Below are positions 20,401 through 32,500 of a stretch of 64,000 nt of DNA, piece by piece. The notes beneath the pieces were generated by a model. The model was not told where the DNA came from. It searched no databases and worked only from the letters and a program-made list of their open reading frames with translations. How positions within the stretch are numbered: position 1 is the first letter of the stretch; each line of letters opens with the position of its first letter. Both the position numbers and the translations under genes were made by a program. Source of the DNA: Minisyncoccota bacterium (GTDB lineage Bacteria; Patescibacteriota; Minisyncoccia; Phycocordibacterales; JABAAK01); the NCBI GenBank assembly GCA_965216295.1, contig OZ244141.1:4864-68863 (forward strand), written 5' to 3'.

Positions 20401-23400
20401 AATGATTTTAATACAACGCTTGTTGTACTCACCTCACTGGCATTCCCAGCATAATCATATACTGTGGCTTGTATTGTATATGTCCCAGACCTCAAAGCTG
20501 ATAAATCAAATTCTTTTAAATTTAGACCCAAAAAAAATTCACCAGTGATTGGACCCAGTACCCGTTCATCATTTTGGTCATAGATTTCATAGACAACTTC
20601 CTTTAATGCACTTTCTAAATCAACAGCAACTGTAGTAGCCGAAAACACCACATCACGAGTTTTTATAACTTCTGTTGTTGATGTAGAAAAAGAGGTAATA
20701 GACGGAAGCGTCGTATCTACAAATACAGGATATCTTGTATAGAAAAAGCCACCATCTCGTTCGGCTCGTATACAAATCAGTCCCTCTTGTGCTTCCAACA
20801 AAATTGATGAATCAGTTTTTATTGGATTTTCTGTATAAGAATCTAAAGAATCACATTTTATTGACGCAGTGACAATTGTGTTCCTATATTCAAATTCATA
20901 GGTTGAACTGGGGCTAGCAGCATATTGAAAAGTATAACCTTCCACTTCTTTTGCAACTATTATATCTATTGGTGTACCTTCTCTTGTCTCTTTGTTTATA
21001 TAGTGTTTAACTGCAGTGGATGGATCATTGTCATCATAATCTATTATGGCAGAGTTCTGTATATATTCTGGGCCTCTTACGATAGAATTGAGAAATTGAG
21101 TGACGTTTCTTGCGTTGTCATATATGCTAACTACTAGCGTATTATTAATTCCAGTTGGAGCAATAGATAAATCAAGAGTTGTCGTGTAATCGCCAGAGAT
21201 GGCCTCCACAATATCTTTTGGTATAAAACCACTTGCAGGAACAAATGAATATACGATTTTCCCCACTCCATTTGTGTCCGCGATACCCTCTATAACAACC
21301 TCAAAGTCTTCTGCGAGACTCTTTACTCGTTTACCATTAGCTCCAATCCCAAGTCCAAGTCCCGCCGGTGTGATTTCCTCTGCTGCAGAAACACCAGTAG
21401 CGGTTGGAGGTGTTGTATCAACTATAAAGTTGTATTTTACATAGACTGAACCAGAATCATTAGATGCTCGAATACAAATCGCATAATCACCATCATTCGT
21501 TATGGAATCCGTATCATTATATATTGGTGTGTCTGTATATGTAAGATTGCTATCACAGGCTGTGGCTGTATCAGACTGAATGCTATATCCAATACTATTA
21601 ACATTTGCAGGTTTTTCTACAGTAACGATTGGTGCTGGTTTTAATAAAGCATTCGTCGCCTTCTCATTGAGATAATTGATGTTGTTGTTATAACCTGTTT
21701 CTATGTATCTTCCACTTACTAGCACTAATGTACTAGGAAGAATATCACTATTATCATTCGGTCTTCCAATAGTATTACTTGTAGCCAAATCAATGAAGTT
21801 TTCTGCTTTGTCGTATACCCTAGCTTGTAGTGTATATGTTCCAAATAGAACACTAGATAAATCAAGGGTTGTTGTGTGATCGCCAGAAGCGACTATATCC
21901 TGCTTGGGTGTAAAACCACCTGCAGGATCAAGTGAATAGACAATCCTCTTCGCATCCGCTATGCCAGTTATTGAAACTTCAAACTCGGCTTGATTACTTG
22001 TTGTGATTTCATTTGATTTTGCAGAAATATCAGTAGCGGTTGGAGGTGTTGTATCAACTGTAAAGTTGTATTTTGTATAGACTGAATCAGAATTATTAGA
22101 TGCTTCAATACAAATCGCATAATCACCATCATCCGTTATGGAATCCGTATCAGTATATATTGGTGTGTCTGTATATGTAAGATTGCTATCACAGGCTATG
22201 GCTGTATCAGACTGAATGCTATATCCAATACCATCAACACCACCCTTTTGTGTTGCAGTGACTATTGGTGATTCTGTTAGACCTCTTGCAGCCTGATTGA
22301 GATAGTAGACTGTATCGCCAACATGCACGACCTTTAATGAAACCACATCTCCGACCGATATGAATGCCCGTCCAGCGGCTGATTGATTGCCCACTATTCT
22401 TTGTGCTTCAATTCTCTCGCCTTGATTGCCCCCTGTCAATATTTCTGAGTCAACGGTTATGTTGGAAATTTTCAGTGTTCGTCCGTCTGCTTTTGTTATA
22501 ACTAAATGAGAGTTTCTTTGTTTTGCCTCTTCAAAGATGAGGTGTAGGTCAGAGTATGTTGCTGGATCGTATTCGAAATACCAATTTTCAACACCCTGTA
22601 TTACATTGGTGTAAAACTCCAAACTAACGAAAGTTGCGTTAGCTCTCTTGGTGAATTGTTGTGTGATAGGAACATCTGTGTCAGGCAGTTTCGCGTTTAT
22701 TGCGCTCTTTACTAGAACAATCTGTTTCTCAACAACCTGTTTCTCAATAGTATCACTTGCAGTCAGATCAATGAAGTTTTCTGCATTGTCATATATTCTG
22801 GCTTGTAGTGCATATGTTCCATCTGGAATACCAGACACATCAAGAGTTGTTGCGTGATCGCCAGAGGAAAGTCTTTCGTTAGAGTCAGACTTTGTAATAT
22901 TTTTTGGTGTAAAACCACCTGCAGGATCAAGTGAATAGACAATATTCCGTATCCCCCCTGCATTCGCATCTGCTATGTCAGTTATTGAAACTCCAAACTG
23001 AGCTTGATTACTTAATGTGATGTCGTTTGAATCTGCAAAAACACCAGTAGCGGTTGGAGGTGCTGTATCAACTGTAAAGGCATATGCTGCATATGATGAA
23101 CTATTAGTATCAGATAATTGAATACAAATTTTATAGTCACCATCATTCGTTATAAGAGCCGTGTCAGTATATATTGGTGCATTTGCAGGACGATCATATG
23201 AAACCTTATTTGAATCATCACACTTTGCGCCTCGAAGATCTCCTCTAAGATTTAAAAGTTGGTATTTAACTGTTTCACTTGATGTTTTTTCTACAGTGAC
23301 TATTGGGAAATTCGCCAATCCTCTTGCTTGCTTGTTAAGATAATGAATCGAATCCCCTGTAGTAAAATTTTGGACTTTTATGTAGTCTCCTCCTTTTGTT

Positions 23401-23516
23401 GGTACTGGAGTTGTCAGAGCTGCTGCGGTTTGAATAAAAACAAATACACTCAATAGGCATAGAAACCCTATTGTCGCCAAACTTGATATCTTTTTCACCA
23501 TTGTCCTTTCTGACAT
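17496..23516 (-). CDS. Giant secreted Ig-like repeat surface protein 1 (2006 aa) with C-terminal peptidoglycan-binding domain
   Basis: Signal peptide (...QTAAA); six tandem [Cys-pair domain + DTTPP...YDxAGN Ig] modules; 'LQLGDEEKEVKQLQQFLN...GSPGQETEYFGPATKRALEQYQ...TGVLGPAT'. Confidence 0.9.
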   Translation of the reverse strand: MSERTMVKKISSLATIGFLCLLSVFVFIQTAAALTTPVPTKGGDYIKVQNFTTGDSIHYLNKQARGLANFPIVTVEKTSSETVKYQLLNLRGDLRGAKCDDSNKVSYDRPANAPIYTDTALITNDGDYKICIQLSDTNSSSYAAYAFTVDTAPPTATGVFADSNDITLSNQAQFGVSITDIADANAGGIRNIVYSLDPAGGFTPKNITKSDSNERLSSGDHATTLDVSGIPDGTYALQARIYDNAENFIDLTASDTIEKQVVEKQIVLVKSAINAKLPDTDVPITQQFTKRANATFVSLEFYTNVIQGVENWYFEYDPATYSDLHLIFEEAKQRNSHLVITKADGRTLKISNITVDSEILTGGNQGERIEAQRIVGNQSAAGRAFISVGDVVSLKVVHVGDTVYYLNQAARGLTESPIVTATQKGGVDGIGYSIQSDTAIACDSNLTYTDTPIYTDTDSITDDGDYAICIEASNNSDSVYTKYNFTVDTTPPTATDISAKSNEITTSNQAEFEVSITGIADAKRIVYSLDPAGGFTPKQDIVASGDHTTTLDLSSVLFGTYTLQARVYDKAENFIDLATSNTIGRPNDNSDILPSTLVLVSGRYIETGYNNNINYLNEKATNALLKPAPIVTVEKPANVNSIGYSIQSDTATACDSNLTYTDTPIYNDTDSITNDGDYAICIRASNDSGSVYVKYNFIVDTTPPTATGVSAAEEITPAGLGLGIGANGKRVKSLAEDFEVVIEGIADTNGVGKIVYSFVPASGFIPKDIVEAISGDYTTTLDLSIAPTGINNTLVVSIYDNARNVTQFLNSIVRGPEYIQNSAIIDYDDNDPSTAVKHYINKETREGTPIDIIVAKEVEGYTFQYAASPSSTYEFEYRNTIVTASIKCDSLDSYTENPIKTDSSILLEAQEGLICIRAERDGGFFYTRYPVFVDTTLPSITSFSTSTTEVIKTRDVVFSATTVAVDLESALKEVVYEIYDQNDERVLGPITGEFFLGLNLKEFDLSALRSGTYTIQATVYDYAGNASEVSTTSVVLKSFLQPADFIVNYDNGSEEIHFINKDGKSNTTQAIITIDGIEGFFDIKYNIQSGTAVECSDIALRNYGTNPILVGNSVIDNDGGYTICIRTNHIDANYSYLSYKFIVDTTPPTATGISADSNSITLANQAQFEVTVAGIADINRVGKIVYSIDPANSFTPKEVIEQIVSNRQTTTLDLSGILSGTYTLQASVYDNAGNSSDPIRSINSVTKKSAYTQNPAIIDYDHDDNVLTESRHYISKQVKNSTPPIDIIVAKGAEGFTFQYAASSNVTTPCNSISGYSATAIKSDNGVFDNDGAAQICIREQKGNNFSYEKYTIFTDTTPPTINSFNIPATTIIREKTETFIVSVTASDSGSGVGSVHYEIRNQNNEQVSGSYTSNFFNDNDENTTNLNLSTLEFGTYTIRAIVYDIVGSASEASTANVTLTPPTLTLTLANDTGISKSDGITSDSTITVIKRLGTAWKYSFDGSTYVNGDGTGGTVTIPKSAFPTSVGSNDREYNITVREFDLNGVQLLESTLTIFVDTVSPVQTVIPPIKAGTTRTLSFVVEDSNAIQVNGALSSKTFDAEQIIPAGIPSGEYDTKPIVVVHDAAGNMVKMKIRIDNDAPVINSVSAVNTSRKSRPYFTVNVSGTAGETLTPSFDEKCQDLQTIEGSYETTEELGTYTVTFNSPSSGTYSDCSIQFTDDVENVSADTFAIPSFRIASSGGGGGIVGSITSIIVPDVFDNNDGEGKIIGEDVEQDIVPVGKIIFTTSLQLGDEEKEVKQLQQFLNNQGFTVTDQGAGSPGQETEYFGPATKRALEQYQEVYKEEILTPLGLSAPTGVLGPATIQHIQEQIEQSIPKQSIPKQLIPEEIIIIQPDRGDTAGTITMLRKAINALLERITILRAQKSALSPPQSIVIPENTHFNTNINAPSLPTTPVFINDIVQPAKKQNGVPKKNSQEQQSTTQSTLKEPIHLPTPVTTFYSNGAPSL

Positions 23517-23560
23517 ACTGTAATAATTATACTATATTTTTGACACAGAGACACTCTTTT

Positions 23561-26500
23561 TTAAATATTGGGTATACTCCTCGTCCCTTCTTTCACCCGA
23601 GGGAAAAATGATCCCTGAAAACCCTCTCCCCCTGGTGGTGTAACTGACTGTTGATTTTCTACCTTTTGATCCTTTTCTTGTGGTACATCATCTTGGCTAC
23701 TTGTTGGTACGTTATCATTGGTGGAGTAAGCTTCTGGAGCACTGAAAACTCGGGAGGGTAAGTTTGCTGGTTGTATTGTTGATTCTTGTAGTATTGTTCC
23801 TTGTGTTGGTTGTACGAATGGTTGTCGTTTTTCTTCTACTTTTCGTTCTGCTGGTTTTAGTACTTCAATAGGGAGAGGAGGAATAGGGAGAGGAGGAGTT
23901 GATGTTTGAATGCTTGGTGCGCTGAGAGAATCAGGGTATCGGAAGGCACTATCAATATTGAGATCAATGAAACGGTCAAACTCTTCTCTTCTTTCAGTCT
24001 CTATCACTGCTTGTTTTTCAATCTCCACTTGTCTTTCTCTTTGCCTTTCTCTTTCATCAACATCCTCTTGTTTTTGTGTTCTGAGGGTAGTGATTCTTTC
24101 AAGGAGTGCGTTGATTGCTTTTCTGAGCATAGTAATGGTGCCGGTGGTGGTATCACCACGGTCTGGTTGTTGAATGATGATTACTTCTTCTTCTGGTATG
24201 GGTTGTTCTGTTTGTTCTTGGATGTGCTGTATGGTTGCTGGTCCGAGGACACCGGTTGGTGCAGACAGTCCTAGTGGAGTGAGTATTTCTTCTTTGTATG
24301 CTTCTTGGTATTGTTCCAGAGCTCTCTTGGTTGCTGGTCCAAAGTATTCTGTTTCTTGTCCTGGTGATCCTGCTCCTTGATCTGTAACGGTGAATCCTTG
24401 ATTGTTGAGGAACTGTTGTAGTTGTTTCACTTCTTTCTCTTCATCTCCTAGTTTGAGAGGTTTGGTGAACAAGAGTGTTTCTTGTGTTGTTGGGAGAGCG
24501 GGTGCTTTGTCGGTTACTACTTCTTCCTCTGTTGGTGTCTCTATGACTTCATCACCATTTGTTACGATTTCTGGTGCCTTGATGCTTCGTGAACCATTGC
24601 CACCACCGCTGCCGCCACTTGAAGCTATTCTAAAGGAATCAAGGGTTATGGCATTTGAGAGGTTCCCTGCTTCATCAGTGAACTGAATAGTACAGTCATC
24701 ATATGTCTCTGAACTTGGAGAGTTGATGGTGATGGTATAGTCTGCAGAATCATTTGAAGTAGAGATATACTGTCCTTCAATGACTGAGAAGTCAGAACAC
24801 TTTCCAGCAAAGACAGGGGTGAGTATCTCTTCTTCTGTAGCAAAGACAGATGCTTGATTTCTGGCAACAGTTACTTCTAAGTACGGCTTTCTCTTGTTTG
24901 ATACATTAAACTGTTCTCTGACTGATACTGTTGGTGCTTGGTTGTCTACTCTGACTCGAAGAGAGACAGTATTACCTCCCGCATCAGTGACACTCGTATC
25001 TGACACCCTTCGCACTCCTGGCGCTGCTCCCGCAGGAACTCTCACTGCTTGGGTAAAGGAATATGGGACGGTTGTTCCAGCAATACTAATTGTAGTGATG
25101 TCAGTAAAGGTGAAAGACCTTGTATATAATTCACCATCTCCTTTGGTGAATGGGAAAGAAGTCTGGACTGGTGCTGTGGTATCTATAAACAGATTGAACG
25201 GAATTGCCCTATCTGATGTATTTCCAGCGTAATCATCTATGGTAACTGTGATACTATTTTCTCCATTTGCAAATGAATGTCCTGAAAGCCGTATCACTTT
25301 GCCTGTAGCACACTCACCACCATTGTCCACTATAGTTATAGTTCCATCAGTTACAAAAAAGTCACCGTCATAGAATTTCACTTTACTGCTATCTGTATAT
25401 GCGGAATCAGCTATGGATAGCCCACAAGCATAGATAGTTTGCCGATTTGTATTTGTGAAAGCAGCATTACTATCAAGTGTCAAAGTAGGTAATTTTACTG
25501 TATCGATGGTGATTGAGAGTAACTTAATCCTTATTGTTTCTACCGTTTCACCTACAGGAGTTATTGATCCAGCTATATCATATTCACCTTGTGGCAAAGT
25601 AATAGCATCTGTAGTAAATTGTCCAGTTGTAGCATCTGCAGCAAACTCCGGCAGTAGTGGTGCCCACGCTTCAGTGCCTCGTTCTGTTTTATATAGATGA
25701 ACGGTAGCACCTGCTGGTGTAATTCCACTGAGTCCTATTGACGTTGTTCCAACATATATTACAGATTCTACAACACTAGATATTATGCTTGTATCTGATA
25801 ATGCCAACCCTGCTACACCATCTTCTCCTTCTTTTGAGTTTTTGTATCCTTTGTTTCCTGCTACATCAGTTGCTGCAAAACAGAGTTGTTTAGGGTTATT
25901 GCCACCAGTAGTTCTCAAAATGACTGGACTTTTATATGATATATACGGTGTTTGAACAGAACAATCAACTGATGCAGCAGAAGAGGCAACAGTTGTCTGG
26001 AAACTATGCATGATTGTTGTGGTTAAATCTTCTGCGGCCGCAACAAATCCTTCGTTCCCGTTAGCAACTCCTGCTTTAATAATACTAACGACTGGAGGTG
26101 TCGTATCCACCACAAACTCTAGAGAACTGCCATACACTGAGTTTCCAGCAGCATCAGTTGTTTGTATACATATCTTTTGTGAACCTTCTGTCAGTCCCGC
26201 CGCCTCATTAGTTATTGGGTTTGTGTAGCTAGAGGTGTCGTCACACTCTACGGTAGACTCTACAAGTGCAAACGAATCAAAGATACCCGCTGTCGTAACT
26301 GTCGTACCAAGCGATATGCCTACGGTGTTGAGCCTCTTTGCCTTTTTTTCTTTATTGAGGTACTGAGGAGTTGTGAAAGTGAAAAGATCAGAAGAGAATA
26401 TAAAGGTAGAGGCAGTTGCAGGTGCTTGTGTATCGAGCGTAATTGGTAGGAGCGGTAATGGACCTACTTCTACACCATTGGCATCAGTTACGTAGCCGAA

Positions 26501-29500
26501 GAAGTTATTCCGACCTTCTTGTAAGTCTACCACCTCAGTCTGGAAGGTCTCATCACTTTCAACTTCAACAGGGAGATCATCTCCATCCGAATTTATAATT
26601 CTAACTCCTGTTGTTCCTGCAACAGCTGTTCCCATGAGACGAACTGATGTTGTCTTGGTAATTCTGTCACCTTTAGCAGCAGTATCATCATCGGAAACAA
26701 TACCAAACTCAGATATCAATGGATCTTGTGCGTTGACACTTGATTGATATGCATATGCTTGATAAATACCTTCAGTTAAGAGAGATGTGAAACAAGCCTT
26801 GCCTGTTGTTGTTTCGATTTCAGAACCTTGAACATAAGGGGTTGGTTCTACTGTATTTACTCCACAGGTAGCACTGCTTGATAACAAATCACTTGTTGCG
26901 ATGGCTTGCGTAGAAGTATCCAATGCAACAAAACTATTGGCATTATCTGTTCTATAGACACTCCATTTTGAAGGAGTTAGGGTCTCAGGAAATTGAATAG
27001 AATCTGATTCATTACCCGCTCTATCTTTTAATTTGTATGTTACAGTTGCAAATGGCTTGTCTGGTGATGCACTCGTTGTAATTGTGTATTGATCAGAATC
27101 CACAAGATCATATGAAGGTGTTTCTTCTATAGCAGTACTGTCGTCATATATAGAAACATCTCCCACATCACTGTCTGCATTTCTTGTAATCGTAAATGCA
27201 TGTTTATTTCCTGCGGTCAGTGTTGGGTTATATACATACACAAAACTTGCCAATTCAGACTCAGTTGGTACTACCGTATCTAGTTGTATATTCAAAATGT
27301 CTGATAGTGGGCTGTGAAGACCCCCATCATCAAACGCTTGTACTCTAATTTGATACTCTCCATCTTGAGCAAGTATCTCCTCATCAAATTCAAACACTTT
27401 TGAAAATTCATATATCGTGTTTTCACCTGAGGTGCCTGATACTACTCCCCATTCACCAGCAGATGGTTTTTCTATAGGTATTACTTTTGGAGTGTTGTCA
27501 CCGTACAGTATCGTGAGCTCAATATAATCAACCGCTGTCTCTGAGCCTGCGATTTTCTCTCCATTTGTTTTACCAAACTGTCCTGATATCTGCCATCCAT
27601 CGACCACATTGGTGATACCATCACTGTTTGATACTCCCGTGTCATCACTTTGCAGTAGTCTCAAGTTGGTTATCTTTTTTGGTATTTCCAAGAATTTAAT
27701 CTGTGTTGTATCTATTCCCTGAACCATGTTACCAGCCCTATCCACTGCAAACGCTGTGACTTGATACCAAGCATCATACGATCTCGAATTGCCATCTTCA
27801 CCAATTCCTAAATCAATATACGGTATATTAACAGAGTATCCATCTTCATTTTCCACTAGTATAGTCCCCTGTTTGTAACCACTACTCGTTGGATCAAACG
27901 CTACATCATTTGGATCATCTATGAGGTTACCGCTATCTTCTTCAACAATCTGTCGTCTCAAAAGTATTGCATAATATTCAAGATCTTCTTTAGCAGATTG
28001 GGATCTACCGTCTGAACCAAAAGTTATATCAGTTGCAGTAGTTTGAACATTACTACTTATTTCTAGATCATTGAACCAAGATATTGGAGGAGTATTATCA
28101 ATGGTAAGTGTATAGACTGGTGTTGAGGCAATGTCGGAGAAGTTTCCCGCTTCATCTGTTTGCAATGCAACAAAGTAAAATTCTCTTCCATTAACTCTCT
28201 CTTCATCTATTATGGTATCACTTGTATATGTTTCAACAACACGCTTATTAGTATTAGCATCAAAGTTTGTTACGTCATAGACATTTGCTGTGTAAGGATT
28301 TTCAGGTGCCTGTCCAACAGGTTCCAGCGTATCCCTATCTATCTCATCTCCCTCTGCAAACACATCAACAGGTATTCTGTATAAGAATATCTGATAGTTG
28401 TCATCGTCATTGTCATTACCTGACGTGAGAGTGAAGTGTAAATTATTTATCTTGTTTGTGATGTTATCTGTATTTGTTCCAACTCTCAGTGTGTTATTGT
28501 ATTTTCCAAAGGTATCATCCTCATCAATAAGATTTGGTATTAAAGGTATAGAAGGTGGTGTGGTGTCTATGGTTATGATAAGACTATTGTTTTCAAGTGC
28601 TGAAACATTTCCAGCTGCATCTCTTACTTGGAATCGGATGTCATACTCTCCATCGACAAGATCAGAAATAGCAACATTGTTTCCAAAGGCAATCGTTGCT
28701 GAGTTCCCTGTTTCTGCTATTATAGTTAAATCTTCTGGATCTACATCCGTACCCTCTGTGGTTTTGTTATAAATGTATGTCTTTACTGTCTCGCCATTTT
28801 CTAAACTTTCTATTTCAAAGTTTGGTGTTGTGTCGTTTGTTTTGTTGTCTCCTTGTACACCAGAATCGGAATCACCAGTAAGAACAAAAGGATTATTCCC
28901 TTCAGGTACTACTGTGTCGCGAGTAAAGTCGTAATTTGCATAAGATTTGTTTTTGTATTGGTTTACAGATCGCACACATACCCTGTAATCCCCATCTGCT
29001 GTCATGAAACTGTCATCAGTCTTTATGGGTGAGTCATAGGCAGTGCTACTGTCATCGCCATAGTCTTCACTGTCACATGAGGTATCTGCAGTGACTATTT
29101 TGTATCTAAATTGAACATTGGAAGCGGGGTCTGCCGTAACTATCGCACTAGAAGGATTCTGCCGACTGAGGACAAGATTTAGATAATTCTTCGCATCCGT
29201 TTGTGGGTCTGCATCATCATCGTATTCCACCATATCTTCGTTTGCTGTAAAGACAGTGTCGTGTACGACAGATGTGTAAGTAAATCTAAACACTCTATAT
29301 GCTATGTTCCCCGCATAATCAAAGAATCCAAGACAAAGACCGTACTCTTTGCCAGTCTCAAAGAGAGTATATGATACAGGATAAAATGTATTAGTATGAG
29401 TGCTATGGATGGTAGTGTATGAGATGCTCTCACAGTCGCTCTCTTCAAAGGAACTTGCTGTCAAAAGAACTCCAGACTGTATATTCAAGAGTGATTCTTC

Positions 29501-32500
29501 TGGGGTGTTTGTTGTTACAATAGGCAAAGATTTGCTACTATTTTCTATATTCAAATAATATGTAGGCCCGATTTTTACAAGGACATTTTCATCAGGAGTT
29601 ATGACAAGCCCACTTAAGTCTGGAGGAGTGGTGTCGTAGGTTATATCTACAGTTTCAGATCCTACTGATGTCTCAGTGATTCCTCCTGTCTTTGAGACTG
29701 TGTATCTTGCTCTCACTTTATACTTGCCTTCACCGTGGTTATCTAGATCTATTGATGCTACTAATGGATTTGATGTAATTGTCGCTGTCTGCCAATTCTC
29801 TCCATCATCTAAACTGTATTCTACAGATGTTAAAGTCCCTCCCTCAGGAATAGTCGGGATGGTGATAGAAACTAGTGGGTCATTAGTGCTGCCATCTTTA
29901 ATGGCTTGCTCATTGCTATTGTGTACTGCTTGACTCCTGCCGGATGCAACATCAACCACGCTGGAAAGACCAACATCAGTAAATGTAACTGTAGGAGGAG
30001 TAAGGGGAGGCTTGGAAGGGTTGTAGTTTAATGTTGCACCAAAATGTGAAGATGTGTCTGGAGACGCATACCCAAGGGCATATGAAAACTCGTAATCAAG
30101 CCTTGATTCTAGATGGTTGTCCAACTGTATCTCTACCGCAGATTCCATACTTGCCGGGTATCCTTTTATTTGAAATCCACTAAGGGACTGATTATCACTC
30201 ACATCCTCCGTTAAACTTATCACTATCTCGTTTTCTGGACCTTTTGTATACACAGGACTATCGAATAAAATATCAACACTACGAGAACTGACAACTTCGT
30301 AAGCAGTCAAACCTTGTATAGCATCTTGTCCCGAACTGTCTGATCCACTTACAGTTACTGCATTGGAGTCGTCGAAGTTATCAAGGAAACCACCTAATCC
30401 AAATTTAACGGCAGTTATGACATATGGCTCAGTAAATTTTATTACTAGTTTTTCAGGATATGCTTGACTACTATTATCATCAGCTGGTTTTTTTACAAAA
30501 ACCACCTCTCCGACTTCTGAAGAAGAATAGACAGTGGAAAAAATATCATTGGCGTAATACACACAAGAGGTTGCTGCAGTGAGTGAATCATCAGCATCTC
30601 CATAATAGGTTTCATATGGACTGCCATCTAACCCAAAGAATTTACAATAGCTAAATTCTGGGACAACTGTCTTGTAATCATTGGGCAAGTCTTTGGATAC
30701 TCTTGCTGGGAATTGTCCTCGTGCAAGGTATGGGCTGTTAGTAGTATCTGTTGTGATGGTTATGGGGTTAGAAGTGTCTGTGTCTGTCCACATTGCACTG
30801 TACGGATTATCATTGGTTAGATTTATTGTTTTTATTGCAAAATGATCACCTGGTCTTCCTACTATACGCAAGATTGGTGTGGTAGGAATTTCTGGTGGAG
30901 ATACTGCGATGGTTGGGATTTGCTTACGACCGAGTGTAAGGATGTATTTAAAAGCTGTGAACCCAGTGTTTTCTAAATCATCTTTTTGCCTTATCACTGT
31001 AAATCTTTCACCAGAGTTGAGTTTTGCACCTGGTGTGATTTCTGCTGTGTCGGAGGTGGTGTCGGCATACTCAGAACCCCTTAAATGCCCATAAAATATT
31101 TCAAACCTGAATCGGTCTTTATAATTGGAAAGTGATGCGTTAAAAGTTGTTGTAATGGAGATAACTATATTATTTCCATCAAAATAAACCCCTTGAATCT
31201 TCCCCCCAACAAAATCGAAGGCATTAGAACCTACCGGTGAAAACAAGGACCCCTTGCTAGCCAAAAGGTTTGCACCATATCCTGCAATTGTACTGAACTC
31301 TATATCTCTGTTGAGTAATTTTCCATTTAGGTCTACTGCACGCACAAGCATTTTCCCATTCTCCTTTATCAGACTCGCATCTTGATCTATGATAGGAAAG
31401 CTGTATGTGCCTATAGATGTAGGCGATGCGCCTGTAGTGGTGAGTGTGGTGTCTGAAAGGGTTAGAGAGGTTTTCTTAGCATAGACATCATAAGACCATT
31501 GGGTTCCTTCTACAGTTTCCAGATCTGAAATAGAAAGAGTGGGGTCACTTACCAGGTCCTCAGCATCCTCTGTGTCGTCTTTTAAATTCACAGTCGGTGG
31601 ATTTGGTGGAGCTTTGTCAACCTGAAAGTTAAATACTTTGTATGATGTATTTCCAAAACTATCCTTAAGTCTAAAACAGTTAGCCCATCTACCGTCTGGT
31701 ATAGGGTCTTTTACATTGCCGATGGTGTATCTATTTAGCATATAGTGCTTAATCACAGGCGTGGTGGAATATCCTGAATCGATTCTACTAAGAAGACCAA
31801 TATATTGAGAAGATGTAGGGTCACAGTAACTATCGGGTACATCACCAGTTGTAGATATTGGCTTTGTTCCAAAAGAACGTATTACTGGGTCTGGATATCC
31901 TTCTGAGTCTAACTCTAGAATTATATCTTCGGGCTCACCATAGAAAGTGTTGGAGGTTATAAAATATCTAGGCACTCCTCCCTCTATTTTTTCTATAAAG
32001 GCACTTGGGTTTATATTAAAGGTGAGAGGTTGAGGTGGAGATGTGTTTACTTCTAAGTCTAGAATTTTTTTAATCGCTGTGGGATCTAAACCTGATGCAA
32101 TGACAGATGCTCCTATGTCATATCTGCCATTTGCGAAGGTTTGTATAGGTACTTCAAACGTCCCATCTACTGACACCGCTACTTCAATGGGTGCCACTGT
32201 CCAACTGAGCGAGTCGGAGTGTGCTTGTATGTATATATTCACTTGTGTATTTGGCACCGATAATCCTGTGAAGGATATTTCGCCATCTTTTGTGTATCTT
32301 ATGTCATCCACTGTCTTACCAGCAACTTCTTCACCATTTGCGGTAACAGGTAAAAATTTTGTAACCGTACCGTCTTCTGAATTTTTAGAATTTTTATATG
32401 ATATATTTCCCACAAAGTCGGTTGCCTTGAAACATGTTTGGTTTTCTACAAGTGGGGTTGTTGGTGAGAGAGATGTAACCCAAGCATATACAATGTCTGG

